From: Octopus vulgaris
Taxonomy: Eukaryota
Direction of reading: 5' to 3'
DNA: 64,000 nt
NCBI GenBank assembly: GCA_951406725.2
Contig: OX597834.1
Coordinates: 46,066,001 to 46,130,000, forward strand
The position numbers were made by a program, and so were the translations under genes. The notes below the pieces were generated by a model, which saw nothing but the letters and a program-made list of their open reading frames with translations, did no database searches and was not told where the DNA came from. This document shows positions 1 to 12,183 of the stretch, piece after piece (within the stretch, counting starts at the first letter, position 1; each line of letters begins with the position of its first letter).

Positions 1-313
1 CGGGCCGACCAAAATCCTTGTGAGTGGATTTGGTAGATGGAAACTGAAAGAAACCCGTCGTATATGTGTATATATACATATGTGTGTGTGTATATATTTG
101 TGTGTCTGTGTTTTTCCCCCAACATCTGTTGACAACCTATTTTAGTGTATTTACGTCCCTGTAACTTAGAGGTTCGGCCAAAGCGATCAATAGAATAAGT
201 ACTAGGCTTACAAAGAATAAGTCCTGGGGTCGATTCGCTCGACTAAACTAAAGGCGGTGCTCCAGCATGGTCACAGTCAAATAATGAAACAAGTAAAAGA
301 GTAAAGAGTAAAG
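1..313 (+). mobile_element. tRNA-derived SINE, family A (3' two-thirds; internal TA/TG microsatellite; AAAGAGT-repeat tail)
   Basis: Shares blocks with many copies in the window: gccgacc...ccttgtgagtggatttggtag...aaactgaaagaa, ttacgtcc...gtaactta...ttcggc, aggcggtgctccagcatgg...gaaacaagtaaaaga. Confidence 0.85.
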
Positions 314-363
314 AGTATATATGTGTGTGTTTGTATATATATATATATATATATACATACATT

Positions 364-396
<33 letters not shown>

Positions 397-402
<6 letters not shown>

Positions 403-429
403 CGTCCACTCGTGACCGAGGAAGAGCAT
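397..429 (-). mobile_element. Very short 3' end of an RTE-like LINE (terminal stem-loop) in (TA)n
   Basis: Minus strand ctcggtcacgagtggacggccatc resembles the 3' tail at ~30030-30057 (ctcgataacgagggggcagccata). Confidence 0.35.
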
Positions 430-460
430 ATATACATACATATATATATTTGTGTGTGTG

Positions 461-491
<31 letters not shown>

Positions 492-797
492 TCATGTGTG
501 TGTATGCATACATCTTTATATATATCCATAATTGCAAGCATACGGAAAGCCTGGAAAACAGAGAAAGGCAGGCAGGCATACAGTCGAACAGAGAACATAG
601 ATCAGTTAAGATAACACAGGTGGCGAGTCTACTTCAAACAGCTGTCATAAATCTTCAAAATGGCTGCGCTACGGGCGATGTGTCAGACACTGCGATTTCG
701 TACATAAAAGTAGCATTCTTAAACTAAACAACGGATAATTGTGCAACAGTCCGTCGTAATATACTGGAATGCAGAAGAATAGATCCAGCCAACCATC

Positions 798-863
<66 letters not shown>

Positions 864-1269
864 TACATATGAATATATATATATATATATATATAAACAC
901 AAGTATGTATGGATCTATATATGTGTATTCGTGAAAAGATGTTGGTCCTACGACAATTCATTGTTGCTTAACAATGGGTCGTTATGAAACAATGGCGTCC
1001 TCATTATTGCAACATCGCTGGAGAGGTTATTATGTAAACACAATGCGCTAAACTCCGTCACAACAGAGGCAACCCGCTGTAGTTGATGCTGCTTTTGTTG
1101 TTGTCATTGTCTCGACATCATTGTTGCTTCTTGAGATGGTTTTTGTTCGCATTTGTCTTTATTATCGCCATCATCATCGATGATACGATTGTTCTTTTTT
1201 CTTGTGAACATTATCATTTCAAATACTATCGCCGATGCCATTGGCGTAATTACTAGCATTGATATCAAT

Positions 1270-1315
1270 AACGTTATCGTGCTTATTAGCATTATTATTA
1301 TTATCATTATTATTA

Positions 1316-1358
<43 letters not shown>

Positions 1359-1384
1359 CATTATTATTATTATGATTATTATTA

Positions 1385-1433
<49 letters not shown>

Positions 1434-1480
1434 GATTATTATTATTATTATTACCATTATTATTATTATGATTATTATTA

Positions 1481-1549
<69 letters not shown>
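1270..1549. repeat. (ATT/TAA)n microsatellite abutting the 3' end of the R4/Dong element
   Basis: Direct reading. Confidence 0.95.
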
Positions 1550-1550
<1 letters not shown>

Positions 1551-1551
1551 G

Positions 1552-2925
1552 TAGTTTTATTTTTATAGCGTGCTTTCACTTCACTACCGAGCGCAGCTCT
1601 GTGTGCCTTGGGTATGTGCTGTGATTTGTTGTGATGCTCTGATGGTTATTGTATGGAAAGTGTTCTGCGTAGGATGTGTGCAGTGCCTAGTAGTGCAATT
1701 TTCTGTATGTTATATGTGTTTGTAAGTCCTGGTGTTTTTGTTATGTATTTGTCTGAATATTTTTTTATCATGCCTAATGCACCTACTATGATAGGAATTG
1801 TTTCTGTTTTCAGGTTCCACATTCTAGTTACCTCTATTTCCAGGTCTTTGTATTTTGAGAGTTTCTCCATTTCTTTTAGAGAAACGTTGTCATCTGCCGG
1901 TATTGATACATCAATTAGAAAGCATTTTTTTCTTCATGATCTCTGACAACTATATCTGGTCTGTTGGCCTTAATTTCTCTATCTGTGTGTATCGGCATAT
2001 CCCAGAGTATGGTTGCTTTCTCGTTTTCTGTGACCTTTTCTGGTGTGTGCCTATACCATCTTATTTCTGTTGTTATTCCATAATGTTGGCATAGCTTCCA
2101 ATGTATGTAGGTTCCAACTCTGTCATGTCTGTGAATATATTCCTTCTTAGCCAGGACTGGGCAGCTAGAGATAATATGATTTATTGTTTTTTGTCCATCT
2201 CCACATATTCTGCAGTTACTTGTAATATTTCTTTTCATTACATATTTTTGGTAATTTCTGGTGGGGAGGCTTTGGTCTTGTGTGCTGCAATTAAAAATCC
2301 CTCTGTTTCTGCTTTGAGTCCTGAGCTTCTCAACCATTGCTGGGATTTTTCTTTGTCTATTTCTTTTGCGTTTAGTTTAGTGCAGTATTTACCATGAAGG
2401 GGCTTTTCTTGCCATCGTTTTATCATGGCTCGTTGCTGTTCTATTTTTAGTTTGGATTTCATTTGTTTTATAGCTTTTGTTGTTTCTTCATCATCTTCTT
2501 CTTCTTCTTTGTGTTTATTAGGTGGTATGATTTCTTGTTTGTATTTGTCAGCTTCCTTAAATACTGAGAACAGTTTTTTGTTTTGCTCGTGTTTTGCTGA
2601 TATCTGGATCAGTTTTCCTTCCTTCTGAAGTAGGTATTTTTGCAGTCCTATGGTGGTTATTTTATAGTAGTTTTCCAGCTGTATAAGGCCTCTACCACCT
2701 TCTATACGTTGTATATATAGTCTTTCTATGTCAGATTTTGGGTGATGCATCCTAGATCCTGTCAGTATTTTTCTTGTTTTCCTATCTATTTTGGACAGTT
2801 CATTTCGTGTCCAGTTAAGGATATTGTAGCTGTAACTTATAACTGGGACAGCTAAAGTGTTGATACCTATTATCTTGTTTTTAGCATTGAGCTCTGTTTT
2901 TAGTATTGATCTAACTCGTCTATAA
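1552..2925 (-). mobile_element. 5'-truncated R4/Dong-clade non-LTR retrotransposon: RT thumb, CCHC zinc knuckle, restriction-like endonuclease and 3' UTR; two frameshifts
   Basis: Minus-strand peptides join up: YRRVRSILKTELNAKNKIIGINTLAVPVISYS...MHHPKSDIERLY..EGGRGL; ETEGFLIAA/QDQSLPTRNY; CRICGDGQKTINHIISSC (CCHC); YIHRHD; ILWDMPIHTDREIKANRPDIVV; (C)FLIDVSIP..EKLSKYKDL; PIIVGALG; IQKIALLGTAHILRRTL*. Frameshifts near 2280 and 1925. Confidence 0.92.
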
Positions 2926-2961
2926 TTTTTTTTTTTTTTATTTATTTATTTTATTTATTTA

Positions 2962-2967
<6 letters not shown>

Positions 2968-3044
<77 letters not shown>

Positions 3045-3099
3045 ATTATTATTATTATTATTATTATTATTATCATTATTATTATTATGATTATTATTA

Positions 3100-3136
<37 letters not shown>

Positions 3137-3180
3137 GATTATTATTATTATTATTACCATTATTATTATTATTATTATTA

Positions 3181-3261
<81 letters not shown>

Positions 3262-3382
3262 ATTATTATTATTATTATTATTGTTATTATTATTATTATT
3301 ATTATTGTTATTATTATTGTTATTGTTATTATTACTATTATTATTATTATTATTATTATTATTATGGTTATTATTATTATTA

Positions 3383-3431
<49 letters not shown>

Positions 3432-3870
3432 CATTATTATTATTGTTATTGTTATTATTATTATTATTGTTATTATTATTACTATTATTACTATTATTAT
3501 TATTATTATTATTATGATTATTATTATTATTGTTATTGTTATTATTATTGCTATTGTTATTATTATTACTATTATTATTATTATTATTATTATGATTATT
3601 ATTATTATTATTGTTATTGTTATTATTATTGTTATTTTTATTAATATTACTATTATTATTATTATTATTATGATTATTACTATTATTATTATTATTATTA
3701 TTATTATTGTTATTATTATTATCATTATTATTATTATTATTGTTATTGTTATTATTATTATTATTGTTATTATTATTATTATTATTATTATTGTTATTAT
3801 TATTATTATTATTATTGTTATTATTATTATTATTATCATTATTATTATTGTTATTGTTATTATTATTATT

Positions 3871-3920
<50 letters not shown>
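2968..3920. repeat. ~950-bp degenerate (ATT)n array with GTT/ATC/ACT variants
   Basis: Direct reading; source of the poly-I/N/L/Y ORFs. Confidence 0.95.
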
Positions 3921-4067
3921 CATCATCATCAGCATCATCAGCATCGTAATCGCTGTTGTCTTCGTCGTAATCTTGTGGGTTTTTTTTATTGTATTAGGAC
4001 AAACTGAATATTGTACGGATCGAATACAACTTTAAAAGAAAACCAGTTGTGTTTGTGTGCGCGCGCG

Positions 4068-4100
<33 letters not shown>

Positions 4101-4215
4101 ATGGGTTCCTGTGTTAGTGAAAGCGTATCTACGCCAAAACGTATGTACAATTATATATGTATATTGTTCTATGTAGATGAAAAGGCACACACAGGAAGAG
4201 AGACAGATGTATACG

Positions 4216-4281
<66 letters not shown>

Positions 4282-5085
4282 CAGGAAGACAGACTGACAG
4301 ACAGACATATGATATAGATGGAAAGAGATCGACAGCTATAAAGATATACGTATATAATATACATACATATAAATGCTGTCGATATATATTTACAGAAACA
4401 CATTCTCTGACGCACTAACGATAAGGCCATCTCATGTATACATATATACACACCTATGTAGTTATGTACATATGCATATATATGCACTTACAATATGTGT
4501 GCATGTGTGTGTATATATGTATATATATATAGATATATATATATATAGATATATATATATATGTATGCATATATATATATGCACATATATATACTTCATA
4601 TGTAAACATATATATATATATACATACACATATGTGTGTGTGTTTACGTGTGTCTGTGGGAACTTGTGAGTGAGAATGAGCGTCTATGTGAAGTGAAAAA
4701 AAAAGGAGAAGAATATATTTCCAAAAATACAATTCTTCTCCCGTTTTTACATTAATGCAACCCACACAAACAGAAAAAGAAATCAAGATTTAAAACTTCT
4801 TTTCTGAAAATATTTAATCACATTCGCCAAGCGAAACTAATGAAATTCCTCTCTCCCTTCCGCTTCCCCCCGCCTCCTGCTTTCTCTTTCTCTCTGTCTA
4901 TCATCCTCTCTGTCTCACTTTCATTTCTCTCCTATATTCTGTTTTTCTTTTCGTCCTTCTTTAATCAACATTTCGCGATGGTAGTCCATTGTCATCGTTG
5001 AGTCTGACCGTTATATTGTATAGAGTCGAATGATAATTATTGTTATTGATGATGATGATGATGATAATGATGATGATGATAATGA

Positions 5086-5119
<34 letters not shown>

Positions 5120-5214
5120 GGTGGTGGTGGTGGTGGTGGTGGTGGTGGATATGGTTGTTAATTGGTTGAGTGCTTGCATTGATTTCTTTGCAGATGTGAG
5201 ATCTTTATAATTTG

Positions 5215-5250
<36 letters not shown>

Positions 5251-5265
5251 CATATATATCATCAA

Positions 5266-5500
5266 CAGTGGCACCCCTCGATTACGACAATGAGGGTTTC
5301 AGTTGATCCGATCATCGGAATAGTTCTGCTCGTGAAATTAACTTGAAAGTGGCCGACCGCTCTACAGACACGTGTGCCCTTAACGTAGATCGTAGGGAGA
5401 CTCAGCACGACAGAGAATGGGATACATGTGGCCCTTTGAAATACAGGTACAACCCATTTTTTTCCAGCTGAGTGAACTGAAGCAACGTGAAATAAAGGAT
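5266..5500 (-). mobile_element. SINE family C (body and 3' part)
   Basis: Minus strand tttatttcacgttgcttcagttcactcagctg matches 10877-10910. The tail (gatcggatcaactgaaaccctc...gtcgtaatcg) has a degraded counterpart at ~28765-28835. Confidence 0.7.
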
Positions 5501-6041
5501 GCTGACCAAGTGTGTATGTATAACCGAGTGTTTCTGTATATATTTGCCAGTGAAAATAGACTCATACTTTTCATACAGATGTACTCAGACCTGCCTTGTT
5601 GCATAAAACAATCATATTCGTTTTTCTCAACATATTATTAATGTTTCACGAGGAAGAGTAATTTCAAATTTCAAACACGAATGCTAAATTTATATTAGAC
5701 AGGGCTATTACATTTAATCTGCTAATAATTTAAATGATGTCTCGTTTTTCTGTAAGCCAGCCGAGGATTAGAGACGGGAAAAAATAAACATGTGAAGCAG
5801 ACTAGTATTTATGAATTATTTTTGTCACAGTTAATAGCTGTCAATAGCTAATATTTTCTAGTGATCAACTTCTTAGGGGCGATCGAACAATTAAATATTA
5901 CAGATATACAATGCAATACATCAAATATCTTATACTTCTATATGACCGATATGTAAAATTGACTTTGTCGGAAAACGTGCGCCAAGTTATCACAACATTA
6001 TTATAATTTATTTACGATTATATATATATATATATATATAT

Positions 6042-6074
<33 letters not shown>

Positions 6075-6325
6075 CGTACTTTTATATACATGAATGAGTG
6101 TGTGTGTATGTAAGTATAAGTATATACAAATTGACTGATATTTGTGTGTGTATTTATATGTATATGTGAGGCCATTTATGCATTTGTGTCTACAGATTTA
6201 CGTATGCGTGTGGGTACGTAGGCATATATCTGTTTGCAGGTGAGCTCAACTGTGAATGTATCTGAAGATATGTATGTTATCACTGGGTATGTAAATAAAT
6301 GTGTTTGGTTACTTACGTGTATTAT

Positions 6326-6379
<54 letters not shown>

Positions 6380-6775
6380 GTATATATACAAATATCTATG
6401 TACATAAATATATATATATTTAAGCATATGTGTGTCTGTATGCGTGTATGTGTGTGTATGTATGTATGCATATATATGTGTGTCGGCGTGTGAATGTCAG
6501 TGCGATTATGCATGCGTATCTCCCGCATGTGAGTGTATATGTATTATTACGTGTCTGCAATGTGGAAGTCCTTGGATATTGTGTTATGAAATATTCATAG
6601 AAAGAGTTCTTATAATATTATATATTTAATCATTTGAGACGTTATAGATTGTTCAAAATGTCTGCAAAGATCACTCTCTACGTCACGAGCAAGTTCTGTA
6701 CACCCTCCTCCCCTCTCTCTCTTTCTCTGTTTCACTTGCTTTGTCTCTACCACTCGCATTGGCTATAACTTTCTC

Positions 6776-6806
<31 letters not shown>

Positions 6807-7016
6807 TTCTCTTACGATCTCGTCTCCGTGTAGATATATAAAGAAACGCTCACAATGATGGAGATCCGTATATATAGATGTATGTGTGTGTGAGTATGTG
6901 TGTGTGTGTGTATAAACGCATATAGTCACGTATGTAAGTATATGTGTGTATACAGATAAACTTACATATACGAATACATGTGCATAAACATACATACGTT
7001 CACACACACACACGTT

Positions 7017-7096
<80 letters not shown>

Positions 7097-7164
7097 CGTC
7101 CCCTTCAGGACAGCCACATTATGTTGGCAAATAGCATTTACTATATATATATATATATATATAT

Positions 7165-7828
7165 AAATAATAGTTATCGCCATACTAATATGGCATTCTT
7201 ATAAAAATAAGAATAAAGCTGTCCGCTTATTAGCTCCATGAGGCCATCGCCTTAAGTTAGCTATTTGATACACAAACTGTATCCATATAACCTTCGAACA
7301 AGGGAGGTCAGTCGCTCCACACTACTTGACTGGCAGCTACAGACGCGTTTCGGGGTATTACCCCTTTTCAATGCAGCGTAGCCAGACCAATAGGTGTCGC
7401 TTCTGACAATCTCTGTTCGAAGGTTTTATTTACCTAGCTTCGGTGGAATACATCCACTTGTTTTCAATAATAGAAATATTTAAATTACTAAGTCTCTCTA
7501 AAAGAGGACAACGGCAGCGTTTCCGGAAAATAATAGTTATCGCCATACTAATATGGCATTCTTATAAAAATAAGAATAAAGCTGTCCGCTTATTAGCTCC
7601 ATGAGGCCATCGCCTTAAGTTAGCTATTTGATACACAAACTGTATCCATATAACCTTCGAACAAGGGAGGTCAGTCGCTCCACACTACTTGACCGGCAGC
7701 TTTATTCTGGCCTCATGGAGCTAATAAGCGGACAGCTTTATTCTTATTTTTATATTAACTATTATTTTCCGGGAACGCTGCCGTTGTTCTCTTTTAGAGA
7801 GACTTAGTAATTTTAATATTTCTATTAT
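7165..7828 (-). mobile_element. Non-coding retrozyme / Penelope pLTR-like insert: 363-nt unit present ~1.5 times plus an inverted partial copy, flanked by (TA)n
   Basis: 7165-7338 equals 7528-7701 (one mismatch seen). 7708-7828 is the reverse complement of ~7563-7609 followed by ~7467-7539. Contains a hammerhead motif. Confidence 0.85.
7336..7377 (-). ncRNA. Minimal type I hammerhead ribozyme, U3-A8 variant
   Basis: Minus strand GCUGCA-UUGAAAA-GGGGU(AAU)ACCCC-GAAA-CGCG-UC/UGUAGC: 6-bp stem I, 5-bp stem II, palindromic ACGCGU stem III, GUC triplet. Confidence 0.8.
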
Positions 7829-7836
7829 ATATATAC

Positions 7837-7931
<95 letters not shown>

Positions 7932-8255
7932 CATATATGTATAAATAAACAAACATATATATATATATATATATATATACATTAGCCGACATGTGAAGAT
8001 AGTTGACGTAGCAAGAGACACACCGCAAACACACGGACACCGCACATACACTCACACTCACACATTCTCACGGACACATACACACACACATCCACAACGC
8101 TATATCTGTATGACCATGGACAACCTGAAATGTGAATCGATATATTTATGTATGAAACTAAAGAATATAATAAAATTAAGTTGGAAAACTTAAACGCATT
8201 GTGCATACACACACACATTACATACATATATCCATCCATACATATAGACATGCAA

Positions 8256-8304
<49 letters not shown>

Positions 8305-8376
8305 CATATATTCTTTATTTACTGTTATCGGTTACTGGGGCACCAACTTTAAGAGACTTGGTTATTCAATCGCCAG

Positions 8377-8407
<31 letters not shown>

Positions 8408-8441
8408 GCATGTGTGTGTGACCATATATATATAAATATGT

Positions 8442-8484
<43 letters not shown>

Positions 8485-8625
8485 AACATGTGTGTGTGGG
8501 GGGTATTTCTACGTCGAGTCTAATTAAGTCATGGTGTAACACACATTCACACGCGGTCTCTAGCGAATCATTTACATAGATTTAAATATATACAGGACTA
8601 TATATCTACATATATATGCGTATAA

Positions 8626-8671
<46 letters not shown>

Positions 8672-9342
8672 TTATATACCTGTGTATATGTATGCACATA
8701 TGTATATATATAGATATATAGATATATATGTATATATATATATATATATATATGTCTAAGTATATTCATTTATATTTGTATACATACATACATAGAATAT
8801 ATACAGATGATTGTGCAAAACGCCGAAGATCTAGATGTTTGCACATGCGCATACACGACCTTATAAGTTCTGAGACCAATATCGACACAGACGGACGTGC
8901 AGAAACACATTCTCTCTACTCTCACACAAATCAGTATCACACATAAAACACACACACAAACACACATAAACTCACTGAGAAACAGATACACACATGCATG
9001 CATACGTCATATATACGTAATCGGCTTAATTATCTTCCTTCAATGGAATAAAGAAGAATCAGTCAAATGAATGGTTTTGTTTCATTAGCACGAAATCATG
9101 ACTGAGAGAGATAAGTTATTCTGGAGGAGAAAGGTAGAGAGAGTGGCGGAGACAGAAGGTAAGTGAAATAGAGAGAGAGACAGAGAGGAGAAAAAGAAAA
9201 CAGTTAGTCACAAAGCAAGGAGGGTGTAGAGAATAGAGATGGAGAATACTAGACATATATAGATAGGTAGAAGGAGAAAAGTTTCATGTTATATATATCC
9301 GGATACTTGCGTGTATATATGCATATATACACATACATACAA

Positions 9343-9403
<61 letters not shown>

Positions 9404-9486
9404 TATATAGATGCATGTATATATATATAGATATAGATATATATGTATATACATATATATATACATAGATATAGACATATATATAT

Positions 9487-9562
<76 letters not shown>

Positions 9563-9991
9563 ATATAATATAATATAATATAATATCATGCGTAACAATG
9601 ACATGTTAGTGTCAATGCCTTACGGCCGTTTCGACCGACTCCATTAATAGAACAGTTTCAGTACCTAATTCAACAGACTCTAAATTACATTTTGAAACGC
9701 ATACACACGTATACAAACATACATATATATATATATATATATATAGGTATAAAGAGAGGGGGAGAGAGAACCAGACAGATAGATAAACAGACAACAAACA
9801 GATATATATGTGTGTGTGTGTGTTTGTGTTTGTGTGCGTGTGTGTGTTTGTGTACATGTGTGTGTCTGTGGAAGAACAAAGGTAATGATAGGTGAAGAGA
9901 AGTCTTGAGATGAGTGTAGTGACAGAGAGGGCGACCAACAGTATGTGTCAAGCGGTGGTGGGCAACAAACACATGCACAAAAGCAAACTTG

Positions 9992-10050
<59 letters not shown>

Positions 10051-10082
10051 GTATGTATGTATGTATGTATGTATATGTACTT

Positions 10083-10230
10083 ATGATGGCCAGCTTTCAG
10101 TTTCCATTTACCAAATCCACTCACAAGTCTTTGGTCGGCTGAGGCTATGGCAGAAGGTAATTGCCCAAGGTCTCATGCAGCAGAACTGAACCAGGAGCTA
10201 TGTGGTTGGGAAGCATACGCCTTACCGCAC
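10083..10230 (-). mobile_element. SINE family A, 5' part
   Basis: tttcagtttcc...accaaatccactcacaag...ttggtcggc...gcccaagg...gaaccaggagctatgtggttgggaagc. Confidence 0.8.
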
Positions 10231-10245
10231 GTACACACACACACA

Positions 10246-10315
<70 letters not shown>

Positions 10316-10599
10316 CATACCATTACTCTATTTTGATTCCTTCGCTTTCGCTATCTGTAATCATCTGTCACAATTATTTTCTCTCATTGCACTCACAAAC
10401 TCATCCCCTTATCCACCCTTCAATCTAATTCTGTCTCACTTATCTATCTTGTACCCGGATCTCACATCTCTATCGGTCTCTCGTTTTGTCTTTCTTTCCA
10501 TTTCCGGGTGGACTTCACTTCTTCAGCAAGACACTTCCTTCTCTCCCCCACCCATCATAATTGCTTATCCCCCCTCCCAGTCTATAACTCCACTCATTG

Positions 10600-10772
10600 C
10601 AGATGCCAGACCAGGTAAAAAGCGCCCAGCGTTTGGCATTTGGAAGGCTATCCAGCTCAAGAAACCATGCTAGAGCAGACTTAGAACCTGTTGCAGCCTT
10701 CTGCCTTGTCGTTTCTAATCAAACCGTCCTATCCATGCCACTATGTTAAAAAGGGACATTAAGGGATGATGG
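10600..10772 (+). mobile_element. Degraded interspersed repeat (3' part of a SINE/RTE-related element ending in gatgatg)
   Basis: ttggcatttggaaggctatccagct...aaaccatgc...gcagccttct...aaaccgtcc..tccatgcca; recalled similarity only. Confidence 0.5.
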
Positions 10773-10784
10773 TATGCATATGCA

Positions 10785-11085
10785 TGATTCAGTGGTTAGA
10801 GCGTCGGGCTAACAATCGTGTGGGAGAGAGTTCGATTCCCTGGGCAGGCTGTGTATCGTGTTCTTGAGCAAGACACTTTATTTCATGTTGTTCCAGTTCA
10901 CTGAGCTGTAGAAATGATTTGCGACGTTATTGGTATCAGCCTCTGCCTTCCCCTCGGATAGCATTGGTGGCATGGAGAAAGGAGACTGATATGCACAGAC
11001 GACCTTGCACAGATGTGTGCCTCAGAAGGGAACATTTTAGGCGTAATCCCATTGTCATTCCATGACCAAATGGGATCTTTAACCT
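10785..11085 (+). mobile_element. tRNA-headed SINE (family C head, different tail)
   Basis: A-box-like cagtggttagagcgtcgg and B-box gagttcgattccc, then cttgagcaagacactttatttcatgttgttccagttcactgagctg. Confidence 0.75.
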
Positions 11086-11155
11086 TATATGTAAGTATAT
11101 GTGTGTGTGTGTGTATATGGTTTAATATATATATGTATGTATATATATACAAGAT

Positions 11156-11320
11156 ATGACCTGTAAGTGGACATCCATTATGCTAGAAGAAGATTCGCTA
11201 TGGTCTTACAACTAAGAAAGGAATGTTCTCAAGAAAATTTAGCAAACACCAGATCGTAAACGAGCAAGACAAATGGAAATATACAAAATATAGATTAATG
11301 GATGTCCACTTACAGGTCAT
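11156..11320. repeat. Perfect 25-bp inverted repeat (11156-11180 / 11296-11320) in a (TA)n-flanked insert
   Basis: atgacctgtaagtggacatccatta ... taatggatgtccacttacaggtcat. Confidence 0.85.
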
Positions 11321-11446
11321 CCATTTTATATGCATGTAAAATAATTTTTTTCTGAAACTTCAGATTTTAAGTATGCTAGACCACTGGTTTTAAATTGATA
11401 TTAATAAAATTAATATTCAATTTTTTCACCCTTATTATTTTTAATT

Positions 11447-11502
<56 letters not shown>

Positions 11503-11504
11503 TA

Positions 11505-11655
11505 TATGCGACGAGCTTCCACACAGTTTTGGGTCACCAAATTCACTCACAAAGCATTGTACAAGGCACTTGCACAAAGTGCCACTCACTATGACTAGAT
11601 CCGAAACCACGTCGATACAAAGAAAGAATCGTGACCGCACGGGCATTACTACTCC
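11505..11655 (-). mobile_element. Degraded SINE family A head
   Basis: accaaattcactcacaaagc...cacttgcacaaagtgccac...gaaaccacgt. Confidence 0.6.
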
Positions 11656-12066
11656 TATACTGTAGCCATTTATACAACGAAAAAAAATTGCCAGATAATT
11701 AAACATATCGTTAATGTAACGCCTGAAACAGGCAGCTGTGGTAAGAATCATATGAACGACTCCACGCGTTGAGAGCGCGCAGACTCATTCACAACTGACA
11801 ATTCGATATGTCTCCTTTTGGCTTCAAAACAGCCATATTTTATCATCGCGCCCATCTTTCCAATACACAGTTCTCGCAATAACATGAAGAAAAAAACTAA
11901 TTATTTCAAGAGAAATTACATTTTGAGAATTACAAAACAATATTAGAAGCAAAAGAAGGGAAAGAAAAATGTTATAGAAAACGGAAACGAAAACAAGAGA
12001 GTGAAATATAAGCATTAAATAAAAAATAATAATAACAACAACAAAAACAACGGTAATAAAAATAAA

Positions 12067-12114
<48 letters not shown>

Positions 12115-12136
12115 TAATAATAATAATAATAATAAC

Positions 12137-12183
<47 letters not shown>

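Noticed and set aside
7165-7701. Direct repeats read as LTRs of an LTR element/TRIM or as a CRISPR-like array
   Set aside because: No TG..CA ends, PBS or PPT; only 1.5 units plus an inversion; eukaryotic context with no cas genes.
10785-10860. tRNA gene candidates (also heads at 16199, 35349, 59541)
   Set aside because: A/B boxes are present but no full cloverleaf, and each continues into a SINE body.
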